Under the pieces are notes generated by a model. That model was not told the DNA's origin. It was given only the letters and a program-made list of their open reading frames with translations, and did no database searches. From positions 192,001-256,000 of the forward strand of contig CAWFQK010000001.1 of assembly GCA_963817955.1 (NCBI GenBank): a stretch of DNA of 64,000 nt, read 5' to 3'. The first letter of the stretch is position 1, and each line of letters starts with the position of its first letter. This DNA comes from an uncultured Gemmatimonadaceae bacterium. Lineage in GTDB: Bacteria; Gemmatimonadota; Gemmatimonadetes; Gemmatimonadales; Gemmatimonadaceae. Made by a program: the position numbers and the translations under genes. This document shows positions 9,617-19,948 of the stretch, piece by piece.

Positions 9617-12600
9617 ATGTCGATGCTCTCTGTTGACGCATTCGATGGCGCAAGCCCGGTCCAGAACATGTATCGCATCATGTTCCAGGACCACCCACAA
9701 CCAATGTGGGTGTACGACGCCGATACGCTCGCATTCCTCGCCGTGAACGAGGCCGCCGTGCGCCGCTACGGGTATTCACGCGCCGAGTTTCTGCGATTGA
9801 ACATCCGGAACATCCGGCCCGAAGAAGATATCGATGCGTTCCATACCCTGTTCAAGACACCGTTCCCCGCCACGGTGAATCATGGTGTGTGGCGGCACCG
9901 CACCAAGAGCGGGAGTATCATCGACACTGAAGTCATGTCCGCCGCGACCACGTTTAGCGGACGCGCCGCACGCATGGTGCTCGCCCAGGATGTCACCATA
10001 CAATTGCGCGCCGAACGCCTTCAGGCACGCGCCCTTGCGACGATCGAAGCGATCGTCGAGGCGTCGCCGCTGGCGATCGTGGGGATGGACGCGGCACACC
10101 ACGTCACGATCTGGAACCCCGCGGCGGAGCTGCTCTTCGGGTGGCGGCGCGACGAGGTCCTCGACCGTCCGCTCCCGTATCTACCAACAGGCCACGAGCA
10201 GCAGTTCCAACACATCGACCAAGAGTTGGCCACCGGTAACAAAGTGGTCGGCGTCGAAACCAAGCGCGTGCGCAAGGATGGCGCGACCGTTGATGTACTC
10301 CTGTCCATCACCGCGCTACCCGCTGAGGACGGCGGAGCGCCCGGCGCGGTAGCGCTGTTCGTCGACATCAGCGCGCGCAAGCTCGCCGAGGAATGGACAT
10401 TGACGGCGCTCTCTGCCGCGGACACCGAGCGGCGTCGGCTCGAGGCGGTGCTCGAAGCGCTTCCCGTCGGCGTCTGCATCGCCAATCTGGACGGGGTGCT
10501 GACACAGGCCAACAGCGAATCCTGCCGCATCTGGGGCAGCTCGATTTCTCATCCCACGAGCTTCGCCGAGCTCACAAAGAACAAAGCCTGGCAGGCGGAC
10601 AGCGGCGAAGCGCTCGCGCCCGGCGACTGGGCGGTTGCGCGTTTGTTGCGTGGCGATCGAGTGGACCAAAGCGAAGTGCTGGAGATCGAACGAGCGGATG
10701 GCACACACGGCTTCGTGTTGAATTCCGTTGCGCCCATCATCGGGGTGGATGGGAGTATGGCGGGCGTCGTGAATGTGAATGTGGACGTGACGGCGCAGCG
10801 TGAGGCAACCCGCGAGCGGGAGCGCCTCCTCTCGAATCTCGAATGGGAGCGGCAGCGCCTGGCGACACTCTTCCAACAGGCGCCGGCGTTCATCGCCGTG
10901 CTGCGCGGCCCGGATCACATCTTCGAGCTGGCCAACGACGCCTACATGGAGCTGGTGGGCGACCGCCGCGCAATCATCGGCAAGCCCGCCGCTGAGGCAT
11001 TGCCGGAGATCGTCGAGCAGGGCTTCGCGCGCGTGCTCGACGAGGTCTATGCCACCGGCAAGGCCTTCACCGCGAATCGCATGCGCGTGTGGCTGCACCG
11101 CATTCCAGGCGGTGTCCCCGAAGAGCGTTTCTTGAACTTCGTGTACCGGGCCATGGAGGAAGTCGACGGCACGCGATCCGGCATCCTCGTCCATGGGGTG
11201 GACGTGACGGAGCACGTGCGCGCCGGCGAATCGCTGGCGCAGAGCGAGGAACGTTACCGAACGCTCGTGGAGCTGTCGCCGGATGGAATCGTGATTCACG
11301 CCGACGGCATCATCGTATTCGCGAACGCCGCCGCTGCTCGCATGGCCCGCGCTCAGCGGTCCGGGGATCTGGTGGGAAGACCAGCGATGGACTTCGTCAC
11401 ACCCGAAAGCCGTTCGGTGGTGGCAGAACGTTGGGCCGCTATGGCGGCGGGAGGCGACGCCCCGGCCATGGAACAGCAGTGGCGTCGACTGGACGGCCGA
11501 ACGACCTACGTGGAAGTCACGTCGACACCGCTCCACTTCGACAACCAGCCGGCCATTCAGACCATCTTCCGCGACGTCACCGAACGGCGGAACCTCGAGG
11601 AGCAGTTGCGCCAATCACAGAAGATGGAAGCCGTTGGCCGACTTGCCGGCGGCGTGGCGCACGACTTCAACAACATGCTCACCGTGATCAAGGCGAACGC
11701 CGAGTTCCTGTTGGGCGAGAGCGTGCCGGGTGACGAGCGGTACCGCGATGCACTGGAGATTCGGAAAGCGGCCGAACGCGCGGCGGCGTTGACGCGCCAG
11801 TTGCTGGCGTTCTCGCGTAAGCAAATTCTCAAGCCCCAGTTGCTCGACATGAACGAGATCGTGTCTGGCATCCTGCCCATGGTCTCGCGTCTCGTCGGCG
11901 AAGACGTGCTCATCGAGCATCATCTGGCGGCGGGCGAGCTGCTCGCCATGGCGGACCCGGGGCAGATCGAGCAGGTGATTCTCAATCTCATCGTGAATGC
12001 GCGCGACGCCATGAAGCACGGCGGCTGCCTGACCATCGAGACCGCCGCGGTCGATCGTCTACCGCCCAACTGTGACACGGGGCCGGACGAGCGGCGCGGC
12101 CCGTATGTCCTGCTCGCGATCCGGGACACCGGCATCGGGATGAACACGGATGTGCAAGCCCGCGCGTTCGAGCCGTTCTTCACCACCAAGGCGGTGGGCG
12201 AAGGGACCGGGCTTGGGCTGTCCACCGTCTATGGTATTGTCAAGCAATCGGCCGGGCACGTCACCGTCACGTCGGCGCCGGGCGCTGGCACCACGATCTC
12301 CGTCTACCTGCCTCGCGCCGATGAGCGCGGCGTTGAACGCGCCAAGCCGCGGGCGCCGGTCGTGCTGCAGCCGGCGGCGACCGGCACCGTTCTGCTCGTC
12401 GAGGACGAAGACTCGGTCCGCGCCGTGGTCCAACGCGCGTTGTCTTCCTGTGGCTACACGGTCCTGGCCGCGAACGGTGGCCATGAGGCCCTGTCGATTC
12501 TCGAACAGCACGGCGACGACATCGAGCTCGTGCTCACCGACATGATCATGCCCTATATGACGGGCCGCGCCCTCGTCGATACCGTGCACGCGACGCATCC

Positions 12601-12769
12601 CAACATGCCAGCGCTCTACATGTCCGGCTACACCGACGCCGAGATCGTGCAGCGTGGCGTGCTCGACCCCGGCGTCTCCTTTCTGCAGAAGCCGTTCACA
12701 CCAGACGCCGTCTGTGAAGCGGTCCGCGCCGCGCTTGCGGCGGCCGGCCGCACCAGTGACCATGGATGA
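9617..12769 (+). CDS. Multi-PAS hybrid sensor histidine kinase/response regulator
   Basis: Five PAS-like repeats, GGVAHDFNN H-box, N/G1/F/G2 boxes, C-terminal receiver (LTDMIMP). Confidence 0.93.
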   Translation: MSMLSVDAFDGASPVQNMYRIMFQDHPQPMWVYDADTLAFLAVNEAAVRRYGYSRAEFLRLNIRNIRPEEDIDAFHTLFKTPFPATVNHGVWRHRTKSGSIIDTEVMSAATTFSGRAARMVLAQDVTIQLRAERLQARALATIEAIVEASPLAIVGMDAAHHVTIWNPAAELLFGWRRDEVLDRPLPYLPTGHEQQFQHIDQELATGNKVVGVETKRVRKDGATVDVLLSITALPAEDGGAPGAVALFVDISARKLAEEWTLTALSAADTERRRLEAVLEALPVGVCIANLDGVLTQANSESCRIWGSSISHPTSFAELTKNKAWQADSGEALAPGDWAVARLLRGDRVDQSEVLEIERADGTHGFVLNSVAPIIGVDGSMAGVVNVNVDVTAQREATRERERLLSNLEWERQRLATLFQQAPAFIAVLRGPDHIFELANDAYMELVGDRRAIIGKPAAEALPEIVEQGFARVLDEVYATGKAFTANRMRVWLHRIPGGVPEERFLNFVYRAMEEVDGTRSGILVHGVDVTEHVRAGESLAQSEERYRTLVELSPDGIVIHADGIIVFANAAAARMARAQRSGDLVGRPAMDFVTPESRSVVAERWAAMAAGGDAPAMEQQWRRLDGRTTYVEVTSTPLHFDNQPAIQTIFRDVTERRNLEEQLRQSQKMEAVGRLAGGVAHDFNNMLTVIKANAEFLLGESVPGDERYRDALEIRKAAERAAALTRQLLAFSRKQILKPQLLDMNEIVSGILPMVSRLVGEDVLIEHHLAAGELLAMADPGQIEQVILNLIVNARDAMKHGGCLTIETAAVDRLPPNCDTGPDERRGPYVLLAIRDTGIGMNTDVQARAFEPFFTTKAVGEGTGLGLSTVYGIVKQSAGHVTVTSAPGAGTTISVYLPRADERGVERAKPRAPVVLQPAATGTVLLVEDEDSVRAVVQRALSSCGYTVLAANGGHEALSILEQHGDDIELVLTDMIMPYMTGRALVDTVHATHPNMPALYMSGYTDAEIVQRGVLDPGVSFLQKPFTPDAVCEAVRAALAAAGRTSDHG

Positions 12770-14357
12770 GCCAATCTACGAGCTGCTGTTCGAAGAGAGC
12801 CCGCTGCCAAAGTGGGTGATTGACGAGACCACGCTGTGTTTTCTCCGCGTCAATCACGCGGCGATGGAGCTGTACGGATATTCGCGCGAAGAGTTCCTGA
12901 CCATCACGCTGGCTGACATCAGTCGTGGTCAGTCCGCAGAGGATCTGCGACGGCGCTTTGCGACACCCGCGCACGGGCTCCACATCGGTCTGGTTCGCCA
13001 CCGCACGCGGGACGGCCGGGAAATACAGGTAGACGTCGTCACGCGCTCACTCGTGTATCACGGCCAGAGTGTGCGGGTCGCCGTGATCACCGACATGACG
13101 GAGCGCCTCCAGCTCGCGGAGGCGGCGCGACAGGCAGAGCAGATCGCCGACCAGGGAAGGCGCATGGAGGCGGTGGGCCAACTCGCCGGCGGCATCGCCC
13201 ACGATTTCAACAACATTCTCACTGCCATTCGCGGATACAGCGAAATCGTACGCAACGCCCTCCCCGTGACGCATCCCGTTCAACCGGAACTGTTCGAGAT
13301 CTTGTTGTCCGTCGATCGCGCGGCCGCGCTCACGCGCCAACTGCTCGCGTTCAGCCGCCGACAGGCCGTGCGACCCGATTACCTGAACCTCGCGCCGGTC
13401 ATCTATGACATGGAGACCATGTTGCGCCGCGTGCTCGGCGAACGGGCGGAACTCGTGATCCGAATCGCGGACACCGCCCAGAGCGTCGTGGCCGACCGGT
13501 CGCAGATCGAGCAGGTCATCATCAATCTCGTCACGAACGCCCGCGACGCGATCGACAGCGCGGGCGTGGTGCTCATTCGGGTGGACGATGCCAACCTCGA
13601 CGAGACGTTCGCGGCGCAGCACCCCGGATCGGTGCCCGGTCATTATACTTCCATCACGGTGGAGGACACGGGGCATGGCATGCGACCAGAGGTGCGCGAA
13701 CGCGCATTTGAGCCTTTCTTCACGACTCGAGCGGTGGGCGCAGGGTCGGGGCTCGGGCTGTCGACCGTGTACGGGATCGTGAAGCAATCCGGCGGGTACA
13801 TCACCGTGGACAGCTCCGTGGGGGATGGAACTCGCGTCCAGCTGTGGCTGCCGGTCGCGCCAGAATACAGCCGGGATGACGAATCGTTGTCGGTAGAACT
13901 CGCCGCGCTCAATGGCATGCCGGCCGGCGTGAGCGAACGCAGGCAACACACGGCGCTGGTGGCCGAAGATTCGGCGGCGGTGCGCACCGTCGTGCGGCGC
14001 TCGCTCGAAGCGAACGGGTATGACGTTCTGGAGGCCGAGGATGGGATCGCGGCCATTGAAATGATGCGGCGCACGACGAACGTTGATCTGGTCATTACGG
14101 ATCTGCGAATGCCGCGCATGGGCGGACGCAAACTGATCACGTCGCTGCACGAGCTCGGATATCGGCCGGCACTGCTCGTCATGAGTGCGTATTCACGCGG
14201 CGCCGATCAGCCACAACCTGAGCTGCCGCCGGTCGCGGTCTTCCTGGAAAAGCCGTTCACGACGACCGCGTTGCTCGCCGCGGTTGAGCGGGCGCTCGAG
14301 CAGCACCGTCTGCAAGGCGACCTGCTTGTATCACGATTGCACCAGGAGATTCCATGA
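12762..14357 (+). CDS. PAS hybrid sensor histidine kinase/response regulator
   Basis: ATG 12762 overlaps the upstream gene end; [22 protein letters not shown], receiver (ITDLRMP). Confidence 0.92.
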   Translation: MDEPIYELLFEESPLPKWVIDETTLCFLRVNHAAMELYGYSREEFLTITLADISRGQSAEDLRRRFATPAHGLHIGLVRHRTRDGREIQVDVVTRSLVYHGQSVRVAVITDMTERLQLAEAARQAEQIADQGRRMEAVGQLAGGIAHDFNNILTAIRGYSEIVRNALPVTHPVQPELFEILLSVDRAAALTRQLLAFSRRQAVRPDYLNLAPVIYDMETMLRRVLGERAELVIRIADTAQSVVADRSQIEQVIINLVTNARDAIDSAGVVLIRVDDANLDETFAAQHPGSVPGHYTSITVEDTGHGMRPEVRERAFEPFFTTRAVGAGSGLGLSTVYGIVKQSGGYITVDSSVGDGTRVQLWLPVAPEYSRDDESLSVELAALNGMPAGVSERRQHTALVAEDSAAVRTVVRRSLEANGYDVLEAEDGIAAIEMMRRTTNVDLVITDLRMPRMGGRKLITSLHELGYRPALLVMSAYSRGADQPQPELPPVAVFLEKPFTTTALLAAVERALEQHRLQGDLLVSRLHQEIP

Positions 14358-15895
14358 TTCCAACGATGCCATCCGTGCAGGAATCGCTGGCGGCGATGGT
14401 TGAATTTTCGGACGACGCGATGATGGGCCTGACGGTTGATGGCATCGTCACCAGCTGGAACGACGCGGCCGCGCGGATGTACGGCTTTGCCGCCACGGAC
14501 ATGATTGGCCGGAGCGTGCTGGACATCGTGCCGGCGGAGCTGCACGACCTGGAGCGGCGCAGGTTGGCCGCGGCCGCCGGCGGAACGCGCGTTGGCAGTG
14601 TCGAGACGTCGCGCGCCCGACGCGACGGTACGCGGCTGGCCGTGTCGTTGAGTCTGTTTCCCGTACCGTCCATGGGACGGAGCGTGAGCGGTATCGTTGC
14701 CATCGAGCGCGACCTCACGCAGCAACACGCCCTCGAGTCGCAACTCCTGCAAGCCAAGCGGATGGAAGCCGTGGGCCGCCTGGTTGGCGGCGTCGCGCAG
14801 GAATTCAACAACATCAACACCGCCATTCTGGGGTTGGTCGAATTCGTCGGCGAACGGCTGCCCGATCGCTCCGAGGCGCGCGCAGATCTCAACGAGATCA
14901 CGAAGCAGGCCATGCGCGCTTCGCGCCTGGCCCGGCATCTGTTGGCATTCGGTGGCCGGCCGGCGCTCGCGGCACACCCCGTCTCGCTGGACGATCTGTT
15001 GCACGCTATGGAGCCGCTGCTCGGGCGGTTGGCCAGTGAGGGCGTGTGGCTCTCGCTGGATCTGGCGCACGATGGCGCGCACGTGCTCGCCGACGAATCG
15101 CAGCTCGAGATGATCGTCTTCGACCTATTGGTCAACGCGTCGCACACCGTAGGCGACCGCGGCACCATCCTGCTATCCACACGCACGCGCGTGATCGGCG
15201 ACACGTCGTTGACCTCGCGCGCGGGTGTGCCGAATGGCGAGTATGTGGAATTGACGGTGCGTGACTCGGGTCCGAGTTTCGGGTCCCGCTCCGGCAGCGG
15301 CTCTGGCTCTGGTTCCGGCGCCGGCAACGCTGCGCGGATTGAGCGGGACGTGTCGATGGTCTCTGGCGTCATACATCAACTCGGCGGATATCTGCTGACG
15401 TCGACCACCGAGCCGTCCGACACCGAAGTGAGCGTGTTTCTTCCGCTGGCCGCGGCAAGCGAGACCGAGCGTGCTCCAGCGGAGGCATCGGTCGGTGACG
15501 TGCGGGGGAACGAGACCATTCTCGTGGTGGAAGACGAGAATGCCGTGCGCGACGTGATCGTCCGGGGGTTGCGAGCCAACGGGTACAACGTGATCGAGGC
15601 GCGAAGTGGCGAGGATGCGTTGGCGGTCGCTGGAGACTACGCCGCACCGATGCATCTGGTGGTGAGCGATGTGGTGATGCCACAGATGGACGGGCGCGAG
15701 CTCTTCGACCATGTCCGTGCATGGTATCCGCACATCCGCTTTCTGTTCATCTCCGGCTACACGCGCGGCGTCATCACCGGCCAGCAGTTGCAGGGCCCGT
15801 TCACCGGCTTCCTAGCCAAGCCATTCAGTGTGGACGATCTCTGCGCCAAGGTGCGCTCGCTGCTCGACGCCACGCGACCGCCAGACGAACCTTGA
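14354..15895 (+). CDS. PAS-pseudokinase-receiver protein (degenerate hybrid kinase)
   Basis: ATGA overlap; H-box reads GGVAQEFNN; F and G2 boxes are replaced by a (SG)n linker; receiver intact (VSDVVMP). Confidence 0.85.
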   Translation: MIPTMPSVQESLAAMVEFSDDAMMGLTVDGIVTSWNDAAARMYGFAATDMIGRSVLDIVPAELHDLERRRLAAAAGGTRVGSVETSRARRDGTRLAVSLSLFPVPSMGRSVSGIVAIERDLTQQHALESQLLQAKRMEAVGRLVGGVAQEFNNINTAILGLVEFVGERLPDRSEARADLNEITKQAMRASRLARHLLAFGGRPALAAHPVSLDDLLHAMEPLLGRLASEGVWLSLDLAHDGAHVLADESQLEMIVFDLLVNASHTVGDRGTILLSTRTRVIGDTSLTSRAGVPNGEYVELTVRDSGPSFGSRSGSGSGSGSGAGNAARIERDVSMVSGVIHQLGGYLLTSTTEPSDTEVSVFLPLAAASETERAPAEASVGDVRGNETILVVEDENAVRDVIVRGLRANGYNVIEARSGEDALAVAGDYAAPMHLVVSDVVMPQMDGRELFDHVRAWYPHIRFLFISGYTRGVITGQQLQGPFTGFLAKPFSVDDLCAKVRSLLDATRPPDEP

Positions 15896-16446
15896 CAGAC
15901 TGTTGAACTACGAGTGAATCGCCAGTCATCCTGAGCAAATAAGCCTGTCATCCTGAGCGAAGCGAAGGATCTCTATGACCGATTCAACAGCTTTGAACAC
16001 AGAGGTCGCAGAGAACTGCAAGAGAACTGCAGAGGACCGTGAAGGATTGTCTCGCGTGGGTGTCTTGGGTGATGCCGTCGTGGGGCTCCGATGGTATCGC
16101 CCAAGTCGGGATCATCAACGATATAGGCGGAATGTTTGTGGACTCGGCATCCACGGATCATTCCACTGATACGTGCTTCCCTCTTCCGTACGCTTACAGT
16201 TCTCTTTGCAGGCCCCTTTTCCAGTATTCTTTTGCAGTTCTCTTTTGCAGTTCTCTGCAGTTCTCTTTTGCAGTTCTCCTGCAGTTCTCTTTTTGCAGTC
16301 CTCTGCAGTTCTCCTGCAGTTCTCTGCGACCTCTGCGTTAAAGCTGTTCGGCCGCTCCGCGTTCAAACGCTGTTCCGGCCCTCGAATTGATGCGCATGCC
16401 CTCGAGCTTCTGACTCCTGTCCAGCACTATTTCAACAGTCTGTTAA
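15892..16446. mobile_element. Nested palindromic element: outer IR, REP copies, inner IR and TGCAGTTCTC-type tandem array
   Basis: Outer IR TTGACAGACTGTTGAA (15892-15907) / TTCAACAGTCTGTTAA (16431-16446); GTCATCCTGAGC twice in 15925-15974; inner IR 15986-16037 / 16298-16348; tandem array about 16195-16325. Confidence 0.7.
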
Positions 16447-16472
16447 CGCGCGGCGGCTCCCGCGCACCGTGA

Positions 16473-17573
16473 CTACGGCCGTCGGCCGCTCGGACCAGGC
16501 GCGTGGCCGCGCGGCACACCGAACGGCTGACGCGGCGCGTCCTGTCTCGGCTCGTGCCGGGATTCTGCACCCGGGAATCCATGCGCGCCGCTGCGATACA
16601 CGATGATCGGCGCCGGATAGACATACGGATAGGTCGCGTATGGCGAGTACATGCTGGCACCGTACTCCGTTGGATATGCTGGATACGCTTGCGCCTGGTA
16701 ACAGCCGGCGGGCGGGCAGACGTACATCGTCGTCATCTGCGGCGGAGCGTTCGCGTAGATGTCCGCATTCTGGCTCGGCGCAGCATATTGCGCATCCTTG
16801 TCGCGCGGCGTCGCGCCAAGCATGGCCTGCAGCACCGATGCCGGTAGATTCGCCCGCGCCAGCAACGTCGCCTGCTCGGTATTGAAGTCAAAATGCTGCT
16901 CGCTCGCGATGAGCCACGACCGCACCACAGCGGAATCCGCGATGCGGAGCGCATCCATCACGTCATCGATCGTGATCGGCGCCGTGGCGGCCGCACGCGC
17001 CGTGGCGATCGCCAGCCGCTGCTGAGCAATCGCGTGAGCAGTGCTGGCCGAAAGCTCCTCCGGCGGGTCTACCTCGTGTAGACGGCTGACGGACACGATC
17101 GCGCCGCCGCCCGATCGCACCGAGCCAACCCGAAGCCAGTCGCCTCGCGGGGTAAACGCAAATAGCGTGGACGAACTTCCGCGCGTTCCGCCGCACGCGT
17201 AATTGGCGCGCACGTATGCGCGCCGCGCGCCGGCAGCCCAGCTCACCGATTCCGTACCGCTGCAGCCTTGGCCGTCCAGCGGCTGCGCGCGTCCCATGGC
17301 GTCGAGCCGCTCACGTGACACCTCGCGTCCGTGCAAGAACGTGAGCACATCGACCACGCGCGAACCAGCGACGGGAACGACGCACGTCACACTCGACGAC
17401 GACGTGCCGCCGCTGCCGGGTAACGAATCCGGCGCCCAGCAACCGAGCCACGCCGTCCAGCGGCGGTCGGGATTTACCGCGGTAGCTTGGCCGCGCGCCG
17501 AGTGCGCCACGGAGCCACCGACAGTGAACGCCGCCGCAAACAGCAGGCTGGTAAGTCCGACGTGGTGCCGCAT
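16473..17573 (-). CDS. Hypothetical secreted protein with Pro/Tyr-rich C-terminus
   Basis: 366-aa ORF with a signal peptide, paired cysteines and a low-complexity tail. Confidence 0.75.
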   Translation of the reverse strand: MRHHVGLTSLLFAAAFTVGGSVAHSARGQATAVNPDRRWTAWLGCWAPDSLPGSGGTSSSSVTCVVPVAGSRVVDVLTFLHGREVSRERLDAMGRAQPLDGQGCSGTESVSWAAGARRAYVRANYACGGTRGSSSTLFAFTPRGDWLRVGSVRSGGGAIVSVSRLHEVDPPEELSASTAHAIAQQRLAIATARAAATAPITIDDVMDALRIADSAVVRSWLIASEQHFDFNTEQATLLARANLPASVLQAMLGATPRDKDAQYAAPSQNADIYANAPPQMTTMYVCPPAGCYQAQAYPAYPTEYGASMYSPYATYPYVYPAPIIVYRSGAHGFPGAESRHEPRQDAPRQPFGVPRGHAPGPSGRRP

Positions 17574-17639
17574 GAGTCCGGTCCGGTTCGCCTATAATGG
17601 ATGCATATAGCACGGACCGTGGTAGCGCCAGACGCGAGG

Positions 17640-19124
17640 CTACCGCACGAGCGTCGACGGCGGATCGCTCGGAACCCAGAGCGTGAACGTACTTCCAACG
17701 CCCGGCGTGCTCGTGCAGGTAATCGTCGCACCGAGCGCGCGCGCCAGCCGCTGACTGATCGCCAGTCCGATTCCCGATCCCTCAGCCGCGTCGGGATTGA
17801 AGCGCGTGAATTCACGGAAGATCAGATTCTGCCGTTCCGGTGGAATGCCGGGTCCATCGTCGGTGACGACGACGGCCACCCAGCGTCCGAGTCGTGGCGC
17901 CTCGCCGTCGTGGACAAGGTGTGTTCGAACGCTGATACTCCCATCCGCTGGGGTGTATTTCACCGCATTGGAGATCAGGTTCGCGAGAATCTGGCGCACG
18001 CGCGCGCGATCCGACTCGACGACGACCGAGTCGTGGTCGTCATCACCTGGCCCCAGCAGTCTGATGCTGACACGCTTCGCATGTGCGGCCGCGCGAAATT
18101 CCTCGACGATCTCGCGGGTGGTGGCGCCGATGTCGACGCGCTCTCGCTGGATCATCAGCTGCCCCGCCTCTGCACGCTCGATCTCCATGAGATGCAGGAC
18201 CAGATCGAGCGCTGTGCGGATGCACCGGCGCGCGTGCCCCACACTCTCCGTCTGTGCCGACGACATCTCGCCGAACGCGCCGAGCTCCAGCAATGACAGA
18301 TAGCCGTCGGCTGCGCCCAGGGGGTTCTTCAGATCATGTGTGAAACCACGAACGAGCCGCTCATGGCTCTCGATGACCTGCTTGCGGTCGGTGACGTCCT
18401 CGGTAATGGTGGCGCTGCGGTAGATCTCACCTCCCGCGTTGCGCACGGGAAAGCCGCGACTCCATACCCAGCGCTGCTCGCCATCCGGGCGCACGACGCG
18501 GAACTCCACGTCATACTCGCCGTGCGATGAGCCGGCGATAGCCTCGCGCACCCGGTCGCGGTCGTCGGGATGCACGCCGTCGAGGATCGCGAGCGGATTG
18601 TCGTACAGGTCCGTGCGCGGCCGGCCCCAGATACGCTCGTACGCGGAGTTCACGAAGAAGATTCGCGTACGTCTCGCGTCGCTGAGCGAGACCACGTCGT
18701 GCAAGGCCTCCGCGATCTCCCGGACGAGTTCCTCGCTCACGTTCGCGAACTGCTCCGCACTCATGACTTCAATGGCAACGTAGCGCTCGTTCCCCTCGAC
18801 CCAGGCGTCGTGTCCAGCCGGGATCGTGTACGATTCGCCCGCCACAACGGTTCGTTCTGCCCCATCGTTCATGCGCACGCGGATGCGCCCAGAAATGGCA
18901 TATCCCACGTGAGGAACCTGGCACGAGTCCGTCTTGACCACCGGCTTGATGCATTCCGACCAGCGCCAACCCGGCTCGAAGATGAAACGGCCGAGGGTAA
19001 AGCCATCGAACCGAACGACATCGACCCGACTCTTGTCCAGCCTACGAACCTCGTCGGGCGAGTCGTGCGATGTCACTACGAGTTCACTTACGCCCACTGA
19101 AGTCGGTATGTTCTGCTCGGGCAT
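17640..19124 (-). CDS. Cupin-PAS-histidine kinase fusion
   Basis: N-terminal cupin (EPGWRWS...CQVPHVGY...IPAGHDAWV), PAS_3-like region, THDLKNPL H-box, NAVKY, DDGPG, GSGIGL. Confidence 0.88.
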   Translation of the reverse strand: MPEQNIPTSVGVSELVVTSHDSPDEVRRLDKSRVDVVRFDGFTLGRFIFEPGWRWSECIKPVVKTDSCQVPHVGYAISGRIRVRMNDGAERTVVAGESYTIPAGHDAWVEGNERYVAIEVMSAEQFANVSEELVREIAEALHDVVSLSDARRTRIFFVNSAYERIWGRPRTDLYDNPLAILDGVHPDDRDRVREAIAGSSHGEYDVEFRVVRPDGEQRWVWSRGFPVRNAGGEIYRSATITEDVTDRKQVIESHERLVRGFTHDLKNPLGAADGYLSLLELGAFGEMSSAQTESVGHARRCIRTALDLVLHLMEIERAEAGQLMIQRERVDIGATTREIVEEFRAAAHAKRVSIRLLGPGDDDHDSVVVESDRARVRQILANLISNAVKYTPADGSISVRTHLVHDGEAPRLGRWVAVVVTDDGPGIPPERQNLIFREFTRFNPDAAEGSGIGLAISQRLARALGATITCTSTPGVGSTFTLWVPSDPPSTLVR

Positions 19125-19310
19125 TTGGAAGTCGTGTGGCCAGCAAGGGTAGAAACACTACGAGGCCCGTCACTGCAGCGTGGGCAGAGCCCATCGCACG
19201 ATCCGAATATCGTCTTCAAGTACAGAGTTCGTTAGCCGAAATGGCCAGAGTTAGCAAAGAACGCGCAAGTCACCCGACATTGCGTACTGGAATTTCGGCG
19301 TGTGTCTACG

Positions 19311-19342
19311 CAAAAAGGGCGGCCCCCCGCTTCACCGCCTCC
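19311..19342 (-). terminator. Possible intrinsic terminator
   Basis: Minus strand GGCGG...CCGCC stem followed by CTTTTT at the end of the 19332-19769 gene. Confidence 0.35.
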
Positions 19343-19769
19343 GTAGCTGCAATGCCTCGATCGCCGAATGTATCCCGGCGTCGGTGAGCATGGCTCTACC
19401 CGTGATCGTGGAATCGGCACCCATTGTTCCCGCCACCGACAACGACCGTGTGGCGTTCATGGCCGTCAGTACGAACGCCAACGACGTCCCTGTCCGGAAG
19501 CCATCGATCACGATCCCGCTGTCAATGCAGGCGGCCGTGCATCGCGAGCGCGCACCAGTCCACGTTCCGAACAGAATGCGACTGTCCACGCGCTCGGTCA
19601 TACGCAGCACCACCTTGCTGTAGGCCGCCGTCGTTCCGGTCCAGGCGCCGTCCATGGGGGTGAAGACGGTCACCGGCGTATCTCCACCGCAACCAAACAG
19701 GAGAGCGAAGCTCAGGCCCGCACGACTGATCTTGCGCATATGCTTGCTCGTAGAGGAGTGGTGGTTCAT
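19332..19769 (-). CDS. Hypothetical lipoprotein
   Basis: Hydrophobic stretch with lipobox-like LFGC; beta-rich body; start could be 19739. Confidence 0.65.
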   Translation of the reverse strand: MNHHSSTSKHMRKISRAGLSFALLFGCGGDTPVTVFTPMDGAWTGTTAAYSKVVLRMTERVDSRILFGTWTGARSRCTAACIDSGIVIDGFRTGTSLAFVLTAMNATRSLSVAGTMGADSTITGRAMLTDAGIHSAIEALQLRRR

Positions 19770-19895
19770 TCCTCCTATGCGTAGATGTCGGACCAGAGCC
19801 CATCCACTGTAGTTCGCCGGGCCGAATGTCGGCCGATGCAGGACATTGAGCGGAATTCATAAGCGCGCGTCAGCCGCAGCCGCGCGTCCAGAGCA

Positions 19896-19923
19896 CGAAC
19901 GGCCGTCTGAGGACGGCCGTTCG
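19896..19923. terminator. Perfect 12-bp stem hairpin downstream of the 19949-20290 gene
   Basis: CGAACGGCCGTC-TGAG-GACGGCCGTTCG; no U-tract. Confidence 0.45.
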
Positions 19924-19948
19924 CCGTTCGTCGCCGATCCCCTATCGG

